Below are positions 36,357 through 48,680 of a stretch of 64,000 nucleotides of DNA, piece after piece; positions within the stretch are counted from its first letter, which is position 1, and each line of letters opens with the position of its first letter. The notes under the pieces are model-generated. The model did not search any database. It worked only from the letters and a program-made list of their open reading frames with translations, and was not told where the DNA came from. The stretch spans positions 192,001 to 256,000 of the forward strand of contig CBDESZ010000004.1 of the NCBI GenBank assembly GCA_965242725.1. Reading direction: 5' to 3'. Position numbers and translations under genes: made by a program. Source of the stretch: Alkalispirochaeta sp. (GTDB lineage: Bacteria; Spirochaetota; Spirochaetia; DSM-27196; Alkalispirochaetaceae).

Positions 36357-37693
36357 GTATATTGGTTCAGAAACGTCTGGGTATCCGCCCTGTACAGGAA
36401 TATTCACCTCTCGAAAACGGATTCTGGAACGCCGCAGTCCCGTCCCGCTGCATATTACCGTTGCAGCAGCATGCGGGGGGACTATTGAAACCCCTTGTAA
36501 AAACGGGAGACATCGTTCGGGAAGGGATGGTAGTGGCCGAAGGGGAAGGGCGGTTGACCGTCCCTCTCCATGCGCCGATTCCGGGACGGGTGGTAGATAC
36601 CGGCAATGTCCGCCTTTTTGACGGCACCACATGTACGGGACTGGCGATCGAGCTGGATGGTGAATTTGACCGTCTCGGCAAGCAGCTGGAGCCGCGTCCA
36701 TGGGAGAGTATCGAACGGGAGGAACTCCTGCAGCTTATTCGCGCCGCGGGAGTCGTATGTGGTCCACGGTCCGCCGTGCCTGCTCACGTATACCTCGGCG
36801 GCAAAAGACAGCTGGATGCCCCGGTCGTCGTCCTTGACCTGGCGGAAAACGAACCGTATATGACCGCCGGACTCGAACTCGCCGCAGGCGCGCTCAGTGA
36901 GGTCTTTACAGGGCTGCAGATCGCAGCCCGCGCGGCTGCATCGGAGGACGTTCATGTTGTCATGAGCCCCCGCGCCAGGCGAAGGCTGGCCGGCGTCAGA
37001 AAAATGGCGCGGCAATTCGGATTCAACAGGCATCTCGTGTCACACCACTACCCCGCGATCACCGAGGCCACCGTCCCGGCCGCCGTCTCACGGCGCAAAC
37101 GAAGGGAGCTGTCGGACTTTCTCGTCATTTCGCCCGATACGGCGTATGCAATACATGACGCCGTTGTGTACGGGAAGCCACAGATTGACGGCGTGGTCGC
37201 CGTCGGGGGAAGTGCGGTAGCGCGGCCTGCACATGTCCGCGTCCGGTTCGGGACTTCCATCGGGGATGTCCTGGCGGAATGTGGAGGGCTTACCGATGAT
37301 CCGGAGCGTATCATCGTCGGTGGTCCCTTCACCGGTCAGCGCATTCTCAACGTCAACGCCCCCGTCACGAAGAACATCGCGGCGGTGGTGGCGATGAATG
37401 CCGACGAGGTCCGGGACGGTCGTACCGAGCCATGTGTCGGATGCGGCGCCTGCACGAGAGCATGCCCGGTACATCTGGATCCGAGGTTTCTCCATCGCCT
37501 CATCGCCGGAGGGCGTCTTGAGGACGCCCGCGCGGCGGGACTCGATACGTGTATAGAGTGTGGACTGTGTTCTACAGTCTGTCCCTCCAGAATCCCCCTG
37601 ACCGCTGAGTTTCGTCGGAGAAAATCTTCTCATCCCCTGCGCAATCGGGACGACAAGACGTCACAGGGCGACGGAAGGGAGGAGTCGGCGTGA
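36353..37693 (+). CDS. rnfC: RnfC-like subunit (divergent)
   Basis: PLQQHAGG, HAPIPG, SLBB region (GTSIGDVL..CGG...IIVGGP), two ferredoxin motifs CVGCGACTRACP and CIECGLCSTVCP. TTG start with AAGGAG RBS. Confidence 0.85.
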   Translation: MSILVQKRLGIRPVQEYSPLENGFWNAAVPSRCILPLQQHAGGLLKPLVKTGDIVREGMVVAEGEGRLTVPLHAPIPGRVVDTGNVRLFDGTTCTGLAIELDGEFDRLGKQLEPRPWESIEREELLQLIRAAGVVCGPRSAVPAHVYLGGKRQLDAPVVVLDLAENEPYMTAGLELAAGALSEVFTGLQIAARAAASEDVHVVMSPRARRRLAGVRKMARQFGFNRHLVSHHYPAITEATVPAAVSRRKRRELSDFLVISPDTAYAIHDAVVYGKPQIDGVVAVGGSAVARPAHVRVRFGTSIGDVLAECGGLTDDPERIIVGGPFTGQRILNVNAPVTKNIAAVVAMNADEVRDGRTEPCVGCGACTRACPVHLDPRFLHRLIAGGRLEDARAAGLDTCIECGLCSTVCPSRIPLTAEFRRRKSSHPLRNRDDKTSQGDGREESA

Positions 37694-38631
37694 ACGGTAT
37701 TCTCTCGTTTCCCCATACCTTTCAGTCGATTACCGTACGCGGGCTCTACGGCAGATTGGTGCTTGCCATGACACCCCTCGTCGTCGTATCCGTACAACGC
37801 GACGGAATGACGGCTCTGATGGTCTTTGTCATTGCCATCGCGTCGGGTGCGGTGGCGGAGTTTCTCCTCGATATGGTACGAAATGTCGATTCCGGCCATT
37901 CAATGTCGCGAAACGGACGAGTTCTGTCGTTTATGGTCTTGCTGGCGCTCCTTCTTCCCGCGCAGACGCCCCCGTTGGTGATCGTCATCGCCGCGACGGC
38001 GACCGTCGTCGTGGGGATCCATTTGATGGGCGGTGCGGGGGTCTACTATATTCACCCCGTCGTCGTCGGCATGCTCGTCGCCGCGATGGCGGGTATCTCG
38101 ACGGCTCCCGACCCCGGCATTCCGTCGGTTGCAGCCGGGGCGTCGGTGATCGCCGAGGCGCGATGGTATCAGCTGATTTCCGAGTATCTCTTCATCCCGC
38201 TGGGAATGCGCGTCCCCCCGGAGTCGTTGATGCTCCTTTTTGCCACCAATGATGTCGGAATGGTCAGTATCGGTGCGGGCCTGTTGATTCCCCTTCTCAT
38301 CGGCGGGATCGTCGTATTCGGCGAAGACCTCGTGCCCCCCGCGATGGTGTGGGCATTTCTCGGCGCTGCGGTGGCGGTTCTCTATGTTGCGGGCGAAGAA
38401 ATACTTCTCCTCTCGGTACAGACCAACCTCCTCCTCGTCACGGTTTTTCTCTTTGCCGAGCCGTCGGTACGGCCGACTTCGGGACCGGGTATGGTTGTGT
38501 TCGGCGTATTGAGCGGTGGTCTGGCGGCGTTCTTCCTCGTTGCGGGGTCGACGTCGGTTCCGGTGATCGCCGCCGTCGCCTTTGGTGCAACCCTGTTGCC
38601 CCTCATTGACTACCTGGAGGCGCACCGGTGA
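37690..38631 (+). CDS. rnfD: RnfD-like membrane subunit (divergent)
   Basis: FPH start, GGAG...HP in place of GGxGxNxFNP, AEPSVRPTS; position after rnfC. Confidence 0.75.
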   Translation: MNGILSFPHTFQSITVRGLYGRLVLAMTPLVVVSVQRDGMTALMVFVIAIASGAVAEFLLDMVRNVDSGHSMSRNGRVLSFMVLLALLLPAQTPPLVIVIAATATVVVGIHLMGGAGVYYIHPVVVGMLVAAMAGISTAPDPGIPSVAAGASVIAEARWYQLISEYLFIPLGMRVPPESLMLLFATNDVGMVSIGAGLLIPLLIGGIVVFGEDLVPPAMVWAFLGAAVAVLYVAGEEILLLSVQTNLLLVTVFLFAEPSVRPTSGPGMVVFGVLSGGLAAFFLVAGSTSVPVIAAVAFGATLLPLIDYLEAHR

Positions 38632-38807
38632 GGCGCACCTCGATAGTCCGTAACGTCCGGGTCATCCGGGCTCTGAAGATTCTCGCAGTTCTGGGCGCCT
38701 CGGTGGGATTTCTGCTTCTCGTCGATGTCGTCACCGGGATGGCCGGAATAGGCGAAACCCATTCAATGCGGCACGAATCGGAAGTACAACGTCCGGAGTC
38801 CATATGA
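38628..38807 (+). CDS. 59-aa single-TM protein in the rnfG position
   Basis: GGAGG RBS; GTGA and ATGA overlaps with rnfD and rnfE; MRRTSIVRNVRVIRALKILAVLGASVGFLLLVDVVTGMAGIGETHSMRHESEVQRPESI. Confidence 0.65.
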   Translation: MRRTSIVRNVRVIRALKILAVLGASVGFLLLVDVVTGMAGIGETHSMRHESEVQRPESI

Positions 38808-39409
38808 GAATTATTGTTCATCACCTCTTTCAGAAGAATCCTGTATGGGTCGCTCCTATGGTGTTGCCTGTTCTTCTCTTTGGAAGCGGCTCCATGGAAC
38901 GGGCCCTTCTTTTTATCATCCTCATCGGTCTCGGCCTTCCCACGGTGCATGTGATCTCTTTTTTCATCGAAGCCCATCTTCCAAGGTCATTCCGCCTTTT
39001 TTCGGTTCTCGTCGTGGCGGCGTCGATCTTTACCGTTCTCGAAATACTGTTTGTACCGGCCGGAGGGGACGATCCCGGTGCGATCAGTCGTCTCACCCTC
39101 CTTGTGCGCGGGTTGAGCGTCTCCGGAATCGTGATTCTGCCGACCGTCCGGGCGCCCCGGGGAGAACGATTCTCCGAGCGGATTCAGCATGTTCTTGGCC
39201 TCACCCTCGGGTTTATTCTCGGCTTTGTCGTCTTTGTCGCCCTTCGACTGGGCCTGCAGCAATTGGCGGGACGGGAGATTCAACCGGTGGTAGCCGGCTT
39301 TTTTCTGCTCGCTGCCGGGCGCATCGGCTATAACCTTTTTCCGGTGTACCGGAACGGTACGGCGGGAGATTCACCTTCAGACGACACCGGTGAAGAGGGG
39401 GTATCGTGA
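38804..39409 (+). CDS. rnfE: RnfE-like membrane subunit (divergent, no Cys)
   Basis: L...NP start, P..R segment, P.AGFFLL end; size and position match RnfE. Confidence 0.7.
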   Translation: MRIIVHHLFQKNPVWVAPMVLPVLLFGSGSMERALLFIILIGLGLPTVHVISFFIEAHLPRSFRLFSVLVVAASIFTVLEILFVPAGGDDPGAISRLTLLVRGLSVSGIVILPTVRAPRGERFSERIQHVLGLTLGFILGFVVFVALRLGLQQLAGREIQPVVAGFFLLAAGRIGYNLFPVYRNGTAGDSPSDDTGEEGVS

Positions 39410-40002
39410 CTTTTGTTGGCATTATCCTGACCGCATCGCTGGCGCAGAACGTCATACTCGTTCACTTTCTCGGAATATGGCCGTTTCACTCGGCGGTGCG
39501 CTCCCCCGGCCGGAGCACCGCAGTCTCCCTGATGGTGACCGCCGCGCTCCTGTGGGTATCGGTGGTGTACTGGCTTGTCAGCCGGTGGGTCATTGCACCT
39601 CTGAACGCCTATGTCCTGGAAACCCTTATCCTCGTCGTCATCATCACAGGTACGCTCGCCCTGTGCGTCCGCGTCGGAGGATGGCTTGCGCCATATCGGC
39701 GGCGTGACGTTATCGAATTGACCAGGATCGGCGTCGTCAACATGACCGTATTTGTCGTTGCCATGGGACTGGGACACAACGTTGAAACGCTGCCGGAGGT
39801 TGTCATTGGTGCGCTGGCCGCCGGTCTCGGCGTCTTTATCGCACTCGTACCGATCTCTGCGGTGAGAGTCCGTTTTTCAGGGGCACACGTACCAAAGGCG
39901 CTGCGCGGCGACGTCTCGGTCTACCTCGCGACCGCCTTTATGGCGCTGGCTATACAGCAAGTCGACCGGTTGCTTCAGCCCTTTGTGATGCCGCTGTTTT
40001 AA
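39406..40002 (+). CDS. rnfA: RnfA-like membrane subunit (divergent)
   Basis: [28 protein letters not shown]. Confidence 0.8.
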   Translation: MTFVGIILTASLAQNVILVHFLGIWPFHSAVRSPGRSTAVSLMVTAALLWVSVVYWLVSRWVIAPLNAYVLETLILVVIITGTLALCVRVGGWLAPYRRRDVIELTRIGVVNMTVFVVAMGLGHNVETLPEVVIGALAAGLGVFIALVPISAVRVRFSGAHVPKALRGDVSVYLATAFMALAIQQVDRLLQPFVMPLF

Positions 40003-41575
40003 ACTCCGAGGTCTCGTGGAAGGTGACACGGGGATGATCCTTTATATTTGACTGAAGAACCCATTGGGATTCAGCGAGATATACCGGCTTCCCGTCCTTG
40101 TCCCAGACGATGTTTCTGTCCCGAAAACGCATGAATTTTGACAGCGCTTCCGAATCATCCGATGTGATCCACCGAGCCACGGTGAAGGGAAGGGGCTGAC
40201 TCCGTGCTGCCGCTCCGTATTCATGTTCCAGCCGATAAGTAATCACGTCGAACTGCAGTTCACCTACCGTCCCCACGATGAGCCGGTTGCCGTTTCGAAT
40301 GGTGAACAGCTGCGCGACGCCCTCTTCAGTGAGCTGTGTCAGTCCCTTGTGAAACTGTTTGGACCTCATCGGATCGAGATTGACCATTTCCCGGAATATT
40401 GCAGGTGAAAAGGCGGGAATTCCCTGGAATTCAAGCTCTTCGCCCTCGGTGAGGGTGTCGCCGATCTTCAGGTCGCCCCTGTCGTAGAGTCCCACCACGT
40501 CGCCGGGATAGGCGTTGTCGATTATCTGTTTTTTTTCAGCCATGAAGCTGTAAGGACTTGTGAAACGCACCTGTTTCCCGTGACGGACGTGAAGAAACTG
40601 TTTGGACCGCTCAAAGGTGCCGGAACAGATCCGCAGGAATGCGATACGGTCCCGGTGGCGGGGATCGAGATTCGCATGAATCTTAAAGACGAAACCGCTG
40701 AAGGTTTCCTCTGCCGGATCGACAACCCGGGAGCTTGTGGGGCGGGAAACGGGAGACGGGGCGATGGAGATAAATGTTTCAAGGAGCTCCCTGACCCCGA
40801 AGTTATTCAGAGCGCTGCCGAAAAATACCGGCGCCTGCGTTCCGGATCGATAGGCGTCGGGTGAAAAGGAATCGTATACGCCTTCAACGAGTTCTACGTC
40901 GTCCCGCAGGCGGTGCGCGTCCGTTCCAAGCTCCCGCTCCAGACGGGGATCGTTGATTCCGTTGATGAGGAGCCGCTCCTCCTCCACAGTCGTCTTACCC
41001 GGTTTAAAGAGGTAGAGATTCTGCTCGTGGAGGTTGTAGACGCCCTTGAAGAGGGACCCCATATTGATCGGCCACGTCAACGGTCGGACCCGTATATCCA
41101 GTTTTTCTTCAAGTTCATCTAGCAGTTCCAGGGGTGGGCGACCTTCCCGGTCAAGTTTATTGATAAAAACAATGACCGGCGTATTTCGCATACGGCAGAC
41201 GTTCATCAGGTTTTCAGTCTGTTCCTCCACACCCTTCACGCTGTCGATGACGAGGATGACGCTGTCGACGGCAGTCAGCGTTCGGTACGTATCTTCCGCA
41301 AAATCCTTATGTCCCGGTGTATCGAGGATGTTGATGAGTTTTCCGTCATACTCGAAGGACATGACCGCGGTGGCGACTGATATTCCCCGCTGTTTTTCTA
41401 TTTCCATGAAATCCGAGGCAGCGGTCTTGGTGATCTTATTCGACTTCACCGCACCGGCGGTACGGATACCGCCTCCAAAGAGAAGGAGTTTCTCGGTGAG
41501 CGTCGTCTTTCCTGCGTCGGGATGGCTGATGACTGCAAAGGTCCGCCGGCGCTGGATCTGGGTCTGTAAATTCAT
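39950..41575 (-). CDS. prfC: Peptide chain release factor 3
   Basis: [46 protein letters not shown]. Confidence 0.97.
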   Translation of the reverse strand: MNLQTQIQRRRTFAVISHPDAGKTTLTEKLLLFGGGIRTAGAVKSNKITKTAASDFMEIEKQRGISVATAVMSFEYDGKLINILDTPGHKDFAEDTYRTLTAVDSVILVIDSVKGVEEQTENLMNVCRMRNTPVIVFINKLDREGRPPLELLDELEEKLDIRVRPLTWPINMGSLFKGVYNLHEQNLYLFKPGKTTVEEERLLINGINDPRLERELGTDAHRLRDDVELVEGVYDSFSPDAYRSGTQAPVFFGSALNNFGVRELLETFISIAPSPVSRPTSSRVVDPAEETFSGFVFKIHANLDPRHRDRIAFLRICSGTFERSKQFLHVRHGKQVRFTSPYSFMAEKKQIIDNAYPGDVVGLYDRGDLKIGDTLTEGEELEFQGIPAFSPAIFREMVNLDPMRSKQFHKGLTQLTEEGVAQLFTIRNGNRLIVGTVGELQFDVITYRLEHEYGAAARSQPLPFTVARWITSDDSEALSKFMRFRDRNIVWDKDGKPVYLAESQWVLQSNIKDHPRVTFHETSEFKTAASQRAEATGRLAV

Positions 41576-41721
41576 AGGCGCCCATCCTATACAACTATGG
41601 GGTGGTTCACAACCGGATCTCTTCAATACGGTGCGGGAACGGAAGCGGCTTCGCGATGACTCAATGGGACGGCGTCGATCGGAAATGTATCGTATTTCCC
41701 CGCCGTAACGGGCTTGCGAGA

Positions 41722-43560
<1,839 letters not shown>

Positions 43561-43577
43561 AGTGTCAGGGGAGTGTA

Positions 43578-44174
43578 CTAGATTTCGGCGGGCGTATCAG
43601 CCGTCCCGCGGTGAGAGGAAACGCTGTGTGCCGCCTCGGTGTACAAGGTACGTCCGAGGTCGTAGGCGCCGAGGTTTTCGGTAACCGCCGCCGGAGAGAT
43701 GCGACGAAATCGCTCGGCAATGGCGTCACGGAGCGCTGCGTCGCCGACGATGCCGGTGGCTCCGATGAGAACTCCCAGGGCACACACATTGGCGCTCCGG
43801 GAGGAGCCAAAGGAACGCTGTGTCCGTTCGATAATGGGCAGGGCAAACTGCCGACAGTCGACTCTTGTCGTGACGGCCGCTTCGGTGCTGTCGTTTATCA
43901 GAATGCCGCCCGGCCGGAGGAGCGAAAGGTGGGCGTGCAGCCCCCTGCGGTGAAGACACACGAGAACATGGGCCTGTTCAACCTTTGGATAGAGAACGGG
44001 GTCGTCCGATACGGTGACATCCGCACGGCTCAGGCCTCCCCGCATTTCCGCGCCGTAGCTTTGACTTTGTACGGCGTGGCGGTTTTCAAATACAACCGCC
44101 GCCTCGGCGAGAAGGATGCCGGCGCTGATAACGCCCTGACCACCGACCCCCGTCACAATCACTTTCCACGTCAT
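43578..44174 (-). CDS. 2-oxoacid:ferredoxin oxidoreductase gamma subunit
   Basis: GVGGQG, QSYGAEMRGG. Confidence 0.93.
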   Translation of the reverse strand: MTWKVIVTGVGGQGVISAGILLAEAAVVFENRHAVQSQSYGAEMRGGLSRADVTVSDDPVLYPKVEQAHVLVCLHRRGLHAHLSLLRPGGILINDSTEAAVTTRVDCRQFALPIIERTQRSFGSSRSANVCALGVLIGATGIVGDAALRDAIAERFRRISPAAVTENLGAYDLGRTLYTEAAHSVSSHRGTADTPAEI

Positions 44175-45001
44175 GATTTATCTTCTCCGGCCGCTTCCCG
44201 GGCCGCTTCCCGGGCAGCTTTAATCACGGCGGCGTACTGTTCGCAGTATTCCGGGCGTTCCTCTTCAAGAAAGACTCCCCGGGGAATCTTGCCCTCCGGT
44301 ATCGATCCGTCCGGACGGACCGGAGCGGTGTCCCGTTTATAGGACCTGAGCATTTCCACCGAATCGGGCTGGCCGTTTTTTCTTCCGAAGTGGGTGGGGC
44401 ACTGGGCCATGATCTCCACCACGGAAAACCCTTTATGGGTTATTGCCCGGGCGATATATTCTTCAATCTCGTGTACGTGAAAGGTCGTGGTCCTGGCGAC
44501 AAAACTCGCACCCGCCGCGCGGGCGAGGCTTACGATATCGAAAGATGGGTCCATCGTCGTATACGGTGCCGTTGTCGCGTCGATGCCGCATCCGGACATC
44601 GGAGAAAACTGACCTCCCGTCATGCCGTATATTCGGTTGTTCATGATCAATACGGTCATATCGATATTCCGACGCGCGGCGTGAATAAAGTGGTTGCCTC
44701 CGATGGCGAGACCGTCACCGTCGCCCATGGGTACGACGATTTTCAGTTCCGGCCGACTCATTTTGACCCCCGTGGCAAAGGCGAGGGCCCTGCCGTGGAG
44801 GGTGTGGAGGGTATGAACGTCGACGTATCCCGATATCCGGGCGGAACATCCGATGCCCGATACGACGACGATGTCATTCTTCGGTAACTTCAGTCGATCA
44901 AATGCGCGAATCAATCCGTTCAGGACGGTACCGTGACCGCATCCGGGACACCATATATGGGGAAAGAAACGGGTGCGTATATAGTGGTCAGGCCCGTTCA
45001 T
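44171..45001 (-). CDS. 2-oxoacid:ferredoxin oxidoreductase beta subunit
   Basis: WCPGCG, GIGCS, GDGD...NN TPP motif, YGMTGGQ, CPT. Confidence 0.95.
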   Translation of the reverse strand: MNGPDHYIRTRFFPHIWCPGCGHGTVLNGLIRAFDRLKLPKNDIVVVSGIGCSARISGYVDVHTLHTLHGRALAFATGVKMSRPELKIVVPMGDGDGLAIGGNHFIHAARRNIDMTVLIMNNRIYGMTGGQFSPMSGCGIDATTAPYTTMDPSFDIVSLARAAGASFVARTTTFHVHEIEEYIARAITHKGFSVVEIMAQCPTHFGRKNGQPDSVEMLRSYKRDTAPVRPDGSIPEGKIPRGVFLEEERPEYCEQYAAVIKAAREAAREAAGEDKS

Positions 45002-46167
45002 TCGCCCTGTCCCTCAACGACCCTGAGGACCCGTCGAATATCGCGGGGCGTGATGAATCGCCCGTCAACGCGATTTGAAAGAAAGACGCTGCGGGGATTA
45101 TCGACGGCGTTCCGCACCTGCTGATGGACCTGTCCCATATTCATCTCCACGACGATGCACGCCTGGGCGTTTCGACACGCTTCCCGTACCAGACGCGCCG
45201 GAAAAGGCCACAGGGTCTGGAGTTCCAGAAAGCCGAGGCGCCGTCCGTTTTGTCGAGCTTCGGTTACCACCTGCAGGGTGGATCGCGCCGGTGACCCGTA
45301 TGAAATGAGGACCACTTCCGCGTCGTCCAGGTATTCGCCCCGGCAGGCGGCGATCTCGTCGGCACGAAGATCGATCTTGTCGTGGAGATGGTGTATGAGG
45401 TCATCCACCACCGTCGGATCCGTCGACGGAAATCCCCACATATCGTGGTACAGCCCCGTTACGTTATAGCGGTGTACGCCGCCAAAGTCGGACATCGGTA
45501 TGCGGCCGTCTTCCCGGGCAAGATAGGGGTGGTAGTCCACTCCTTCAGGAACGGATGTCCGCAGCCGGTCAACGAGTTGCAGTTCCCCGGGGTCCGGCAC
45601 CTGCAGCCGTTCCCTCATGTGGGCGAGCATTTCATCAAAGAGGACGACCACCGGGGTCCGGTACATTTCGGCAAGATTGAATGCACGAACGGTCGTCTCA
45701 AAAAGCGCCTGGTGGTTTGATGCGGTGAGGGCGATAATGGCGTGATCACCATGGGTGCCCCATCGCACCTGGTTGACGTCCCCCTGGCTTCCCTGGGTGG
45801 GAAGACCCGTTGACGGTCCGCCTCTCATGACGTCGACGACCACGCAGGGAATTTCAGCCATCACCGCAAATCCGAGCGTCTCCTGCATCAGCGAGAATCC
45901 GGGACCGCTCGTCGCGGTCATCACCTTGTTTCCCGTGAGGGAAGCGCCGATGATTGCCGCCATTGACGAAATTTCGTCCTCCATCTGGATGAAGGTACCG
46001 CCCCGGGCGGGAAGACGGCGGCTGAGAATTTCAGCTATCTCTGAGGAGGGGGTGATGGGGTATCCCGCAAAGAAGGTGAGCCCGGCGTACAGCGCCGCTT
46101 CGGCACATACCTCATTACCCTGGATGAGTACGGGACGTCGCGCGTGACTGCCGGGGATGATACTCAT
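44998..46167 (-). CDS. 2-oxoacid:ferredoxin oxidoreductase alpha subunit
   Basis: GYPITPSSE, QMEDEI, TATSGPG, RGGPSTGLPT, EMNMGQ. Confidence 0.95.
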   Translation of the reverse strand: MSIIPGSHARRPVLIQGNEVCAEAALYAGLTFFAGYPITPSSEIAEILSRRLPARGGTFIQMEDEISSMAAIIGASLTGNKVMTATSGPGFSLMQETLGFAVMAEIPCVVVDVMRGGPSTGLPTQGSQGDVNQVRWGTHGDHAIIALTASNHQALFETTVRAFNLAEMYRTPVVVLFDEMLAHMRERLQVPDPGELQLVDRLRTSVPEGVDYHPYLAREDGRIPMSDFGGVHRYNVTGLYHDMWGFPSTDPTVVDDLIHHLHDKIDLRADEIAACRGEYLDDAEVVLISYGSPARSTLQVVTEARQNGRRLGFLELQTLWPFPARLVREACRNAQACIVVEMNMGQVHQQVRNAVDNPRSVFLSNRVDGRFITPRDIRRVLRVVEGQGE

Positions 46168-46169
46168 CG

Positions 46170-46412
46170 CTATGCCGTGCCTTCCGCCGGGCGGATTTCC
46201 GTTGAATTGGAACGGTAGACAAGTTGAATTGCCAGGTCGGGGCACATGCGTTCACACAACTCACAGGCGACACATGCATCGAGATGGGCGACGGATACCG
46301 TGCCGTCCGGATCGGTCGTGAATACTGAGACGGGACAAAAGGCGGAGCATATTCCACATCGTTTGCACCATTCCTGATTGATGTCTATCGCGTATACCCG
46401 TCGTTTTGCCAT
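46170..46412 (-). CDS. 2-oxoacid:ferredoxin oxidoreductase delta subunit (2x[4Fe-4S])
   Basis: CKRCGICSAFCP and CVACELCERMCPDLAI. Confidence 0.93.
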   Translation of the reverse strand: MAKRRVYAIDINQEWCKRCGICSAFCPVSVFTTDPDGTVSVAHLDACVACELCERMCPDLAIQLVYRSNSTEIRPAEGTA

Positions 46413-46560
46413 AGGAGGTCGCTACAAATATTAAAACACGCGTCTTGAGGTGAGACAAGCTTTATGTGCAGTTGTCGTCGCGGTGCGCCGTCGGCGGACG
46501 GGAAAATAGCTTTCAGGCCCTTGCGACCCCGTAGTGGGCGCGATACACTGTGCAGCACCG

Positions 46561-48645
46561 ATGAGCCCTATCCACCTCATCCTGGGGTCTCAAAACAGCC
46601 AGGCCGTCGATCTGGCGCAGAGTGATCAGGATGCATTATACGAGTATTCCTACAAGCCTCTGTTGAAGCTGCTCTACAACCACAAGCATATCCGATTCAC
46701 GATGTATTACTCGGGACTGCTTATCGAGTGGCTGGAGAAACATCACACCGAGTTTGTGGACGTTCTGACGGAGATGGTAAAGCGTCGACAGGTGGAACTT
46801 CTGGGGGGCGCATACTTTGAGCCCATTCTGCCTTTGATACCGAAGACGGACCGGATCGGGCAGATAGAACGGCTCACCACGCATATACGCAAGTGTTTCG
46901 GCAGGCGCCCGCGAGGGGCGTGGATTCCCGAAAGCATCTGGGACCAGCGCATTGCGGCCAATCTCAAGGCGGGAGGGATCGAGTACGCCTTTCTCAGGGA
47001 TACGGCATTCTCCTTCGGTACCGATGAGCCTTCAGGGAACGGCAATGTGGAACGGTGCGCCACGGGCAACGGTCACATCACTGTTGACTCGGATCGTTCC
47101 GGCGTCGGCAAGGTGGGGCATCACCCGGTATTGACGGAAGATCAGGGGAAGACACTGATTCTGCTTCCCCTTGACCATGACCTCTCGCAACGGATGTTTG
47201 TCTCCTCCCCGGAGGAGATTATCGCGGAGCTGCAGGGAATTTCTGAAAATTCATTGGTTGACGGCAACGGGATGTCCCCGAGGCCGCTGGTTTCGCTCAT
47301 TTTTGACGGGAACGTCGTCGGGTTCAATGCCGAGACCTCAAGGGAGCGGATGCAGTGGTTTGAGTCGTTTCTCTCCCTTTTGACTGAAAACTCCGACTGG
47401 ATCAGGGTGAGCACGCCACAGCGGGTGCTCCGAGACTATCAGCCCCGAAGCAGAAGGTACGCACCGGTTAGCTCCCTCTACGGAATGATGGCGTGGCTGC
47501 GACGTGTCTTTCCTGAACTCACCACCGACGCCGTATCCGGCGATCGATGGCGGAGTTTTCGCTCCGTCATGGAGGTCTATCCGGAGAGCGGCCGCCTTTA
47601 TGCCAAGATGCAGCACACCCACGTCCTGGTCAATCAGGTCCGTGGTGACAAGTACCGGAAAATGACGGCTCGGGAAGAGTTGTGGCGCGGCCAAAGCCAT
47701 TTTGCCTATTGGCTCAATCCGACGGGGGGCATTTACCGGTCGGGACTGCGGAAGGCGACGTACGCCGCACTCATCGAAGCGGAAAAGACGACCCGTGAAC
47801 GGGGCATTTTCATTCCGTCCCTTTCCCGGGTCGACGTGGATCTGGACGGTGAAGAAGAAATCCTCTATCAGGGGAATGAACTGAACGTTTACGTGGACAG
47901 GTCGGGGGCGAGCGTCTTTGAACTGGACTATCTGGACAAAAACTGGAACTACCTCGATACCTTTCGACGCCGGCCCGAACCCTTTCATGACGAAGCGTCG
48001 ATCTCCGCCGGGTACGATGACTGGCAGCGTGGCGCCTTTGTGGACCACCTCCTCACGGCAGGTCACGACATGGATCAGTTTACCCGGGGAGAACGGGACC
48101 ATTTCTGCCGTCTCGACGGGCGGGACTACACGATCGCCAGTCTCGACAAGGAACACAACACGGTCGTCCTTGAGACGTCATGTACGGCACCTGACTCATT
48201 CAGCAGAATCGGAATACGAAAAACCTATCGGTTTATGAAGAATCGGGTGGAAGTGGAATATCGTCTCACCAATACAGGCATGGAAGGGGTGCGATTTGAC
48301 CACGGATGCGAGATCAACCTCTCCTTTCACTCCCTCGACCCGGGAAAACTGCGCATCCATCTCCGTCAGGGACGGCAGCGCCAGGAGATATCACCCGACC
48401 GGTTTACCGCCGAAGGTATTTCCGACATTCAATTCTTTGATCTGCACAACAATACGACGCTGACGGTGAACCCGTCGGATCGGCCTGAATTGTGGAGCTT
48501 TCCCGTTGAGGCGGTGGGTGTGCTTTGGGACAGGCCGCACTGGTTTTACCAGTCCAACTGCATCGTCCTCACGTGGCCTACGCAACTTGACGCAGGTGCG
48601 ACAAAAACGACGTCGGTATCTCTGAAAATCGAAAATACAAAGTGA
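46561..48645 (+). CDS. GH57 alpha-amylase / 4-alpha-glucanotransferase-like protein
   Basis: ELLGGAYFEPILPLIP, RPRGAWIPE, DVDLDGEEE and a C-terminal beta-sandwich region. Confidence 0.85.
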   Translation: MSPIHLILGSQNSQAVDLAQSDQDALYEYSYKPLLKLLYNHKHIRFTMYYSGLLIEWLEKHHTEFVDVLTEMVKRRQVELLGGAYFEPILPLIPKTDRIGQIERLTTHIRKCFGRRPRGAWIPESIWDQRIAANLKAGGIEYAFLRDTAFSFGTDEPSGNGNVERCATGNGHITVDSDRSGVGKVGHHPVLTEDQGKTLILLPLDHDLSQRMFVSSPEEIIAELQGISENSLVDGNGMSPRPLVSLIFDGNVVGFNAETSRERMQWFESFLSLLTENSDWIRVSTPQRVLRDYQPRSRRYAPVSSLYGMMAWLRRVFPELTTDAVSGDRWRSFRSVMEVYPESGRLYAKMQHTHVLVNQVRGDKYRKMTAREELWRGQSHFAYWLNPTGGIYRSGLRKATYAALIEAEKTTRERGIFIPSLSRVDVDLDGEEEILYQGNELNVYVDRSGASVFELDYLDKNWNYLDTFRRRPEPFHDEASISAGYDDWQRGAFVDHLLTAGHDMDQFTRGERDHFCRLDGRDYTIASLDKEHNTVVLETSCTAPDSFSRIGIRKTYRFMKNRVEVEYRLTNTGMEGVRFDHGCEINLSFHSLDPGKLRIHLRQGRQRQEISPDRFTAEGISDIQFFDLHNNTTLTVNPSDRPELWSFPVEAVGVLWDRPHWFYQSNCIVLTWPTQLDAGATKTTSVSLKIENTK

Positions 48646-48680
48646 TTTCCGGCTATCAGCCGACCCGTGCCGCCCCTCCT

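Noticed and set aside
39950..40002. 53-bp convergent overlap of rnfA-like and prfC 3' ends as an antisense regulatory device
   Set aside because: Short tail-to-tail overlaps are common and the prfC tail looks like a non-conserved extension; there is no further support.
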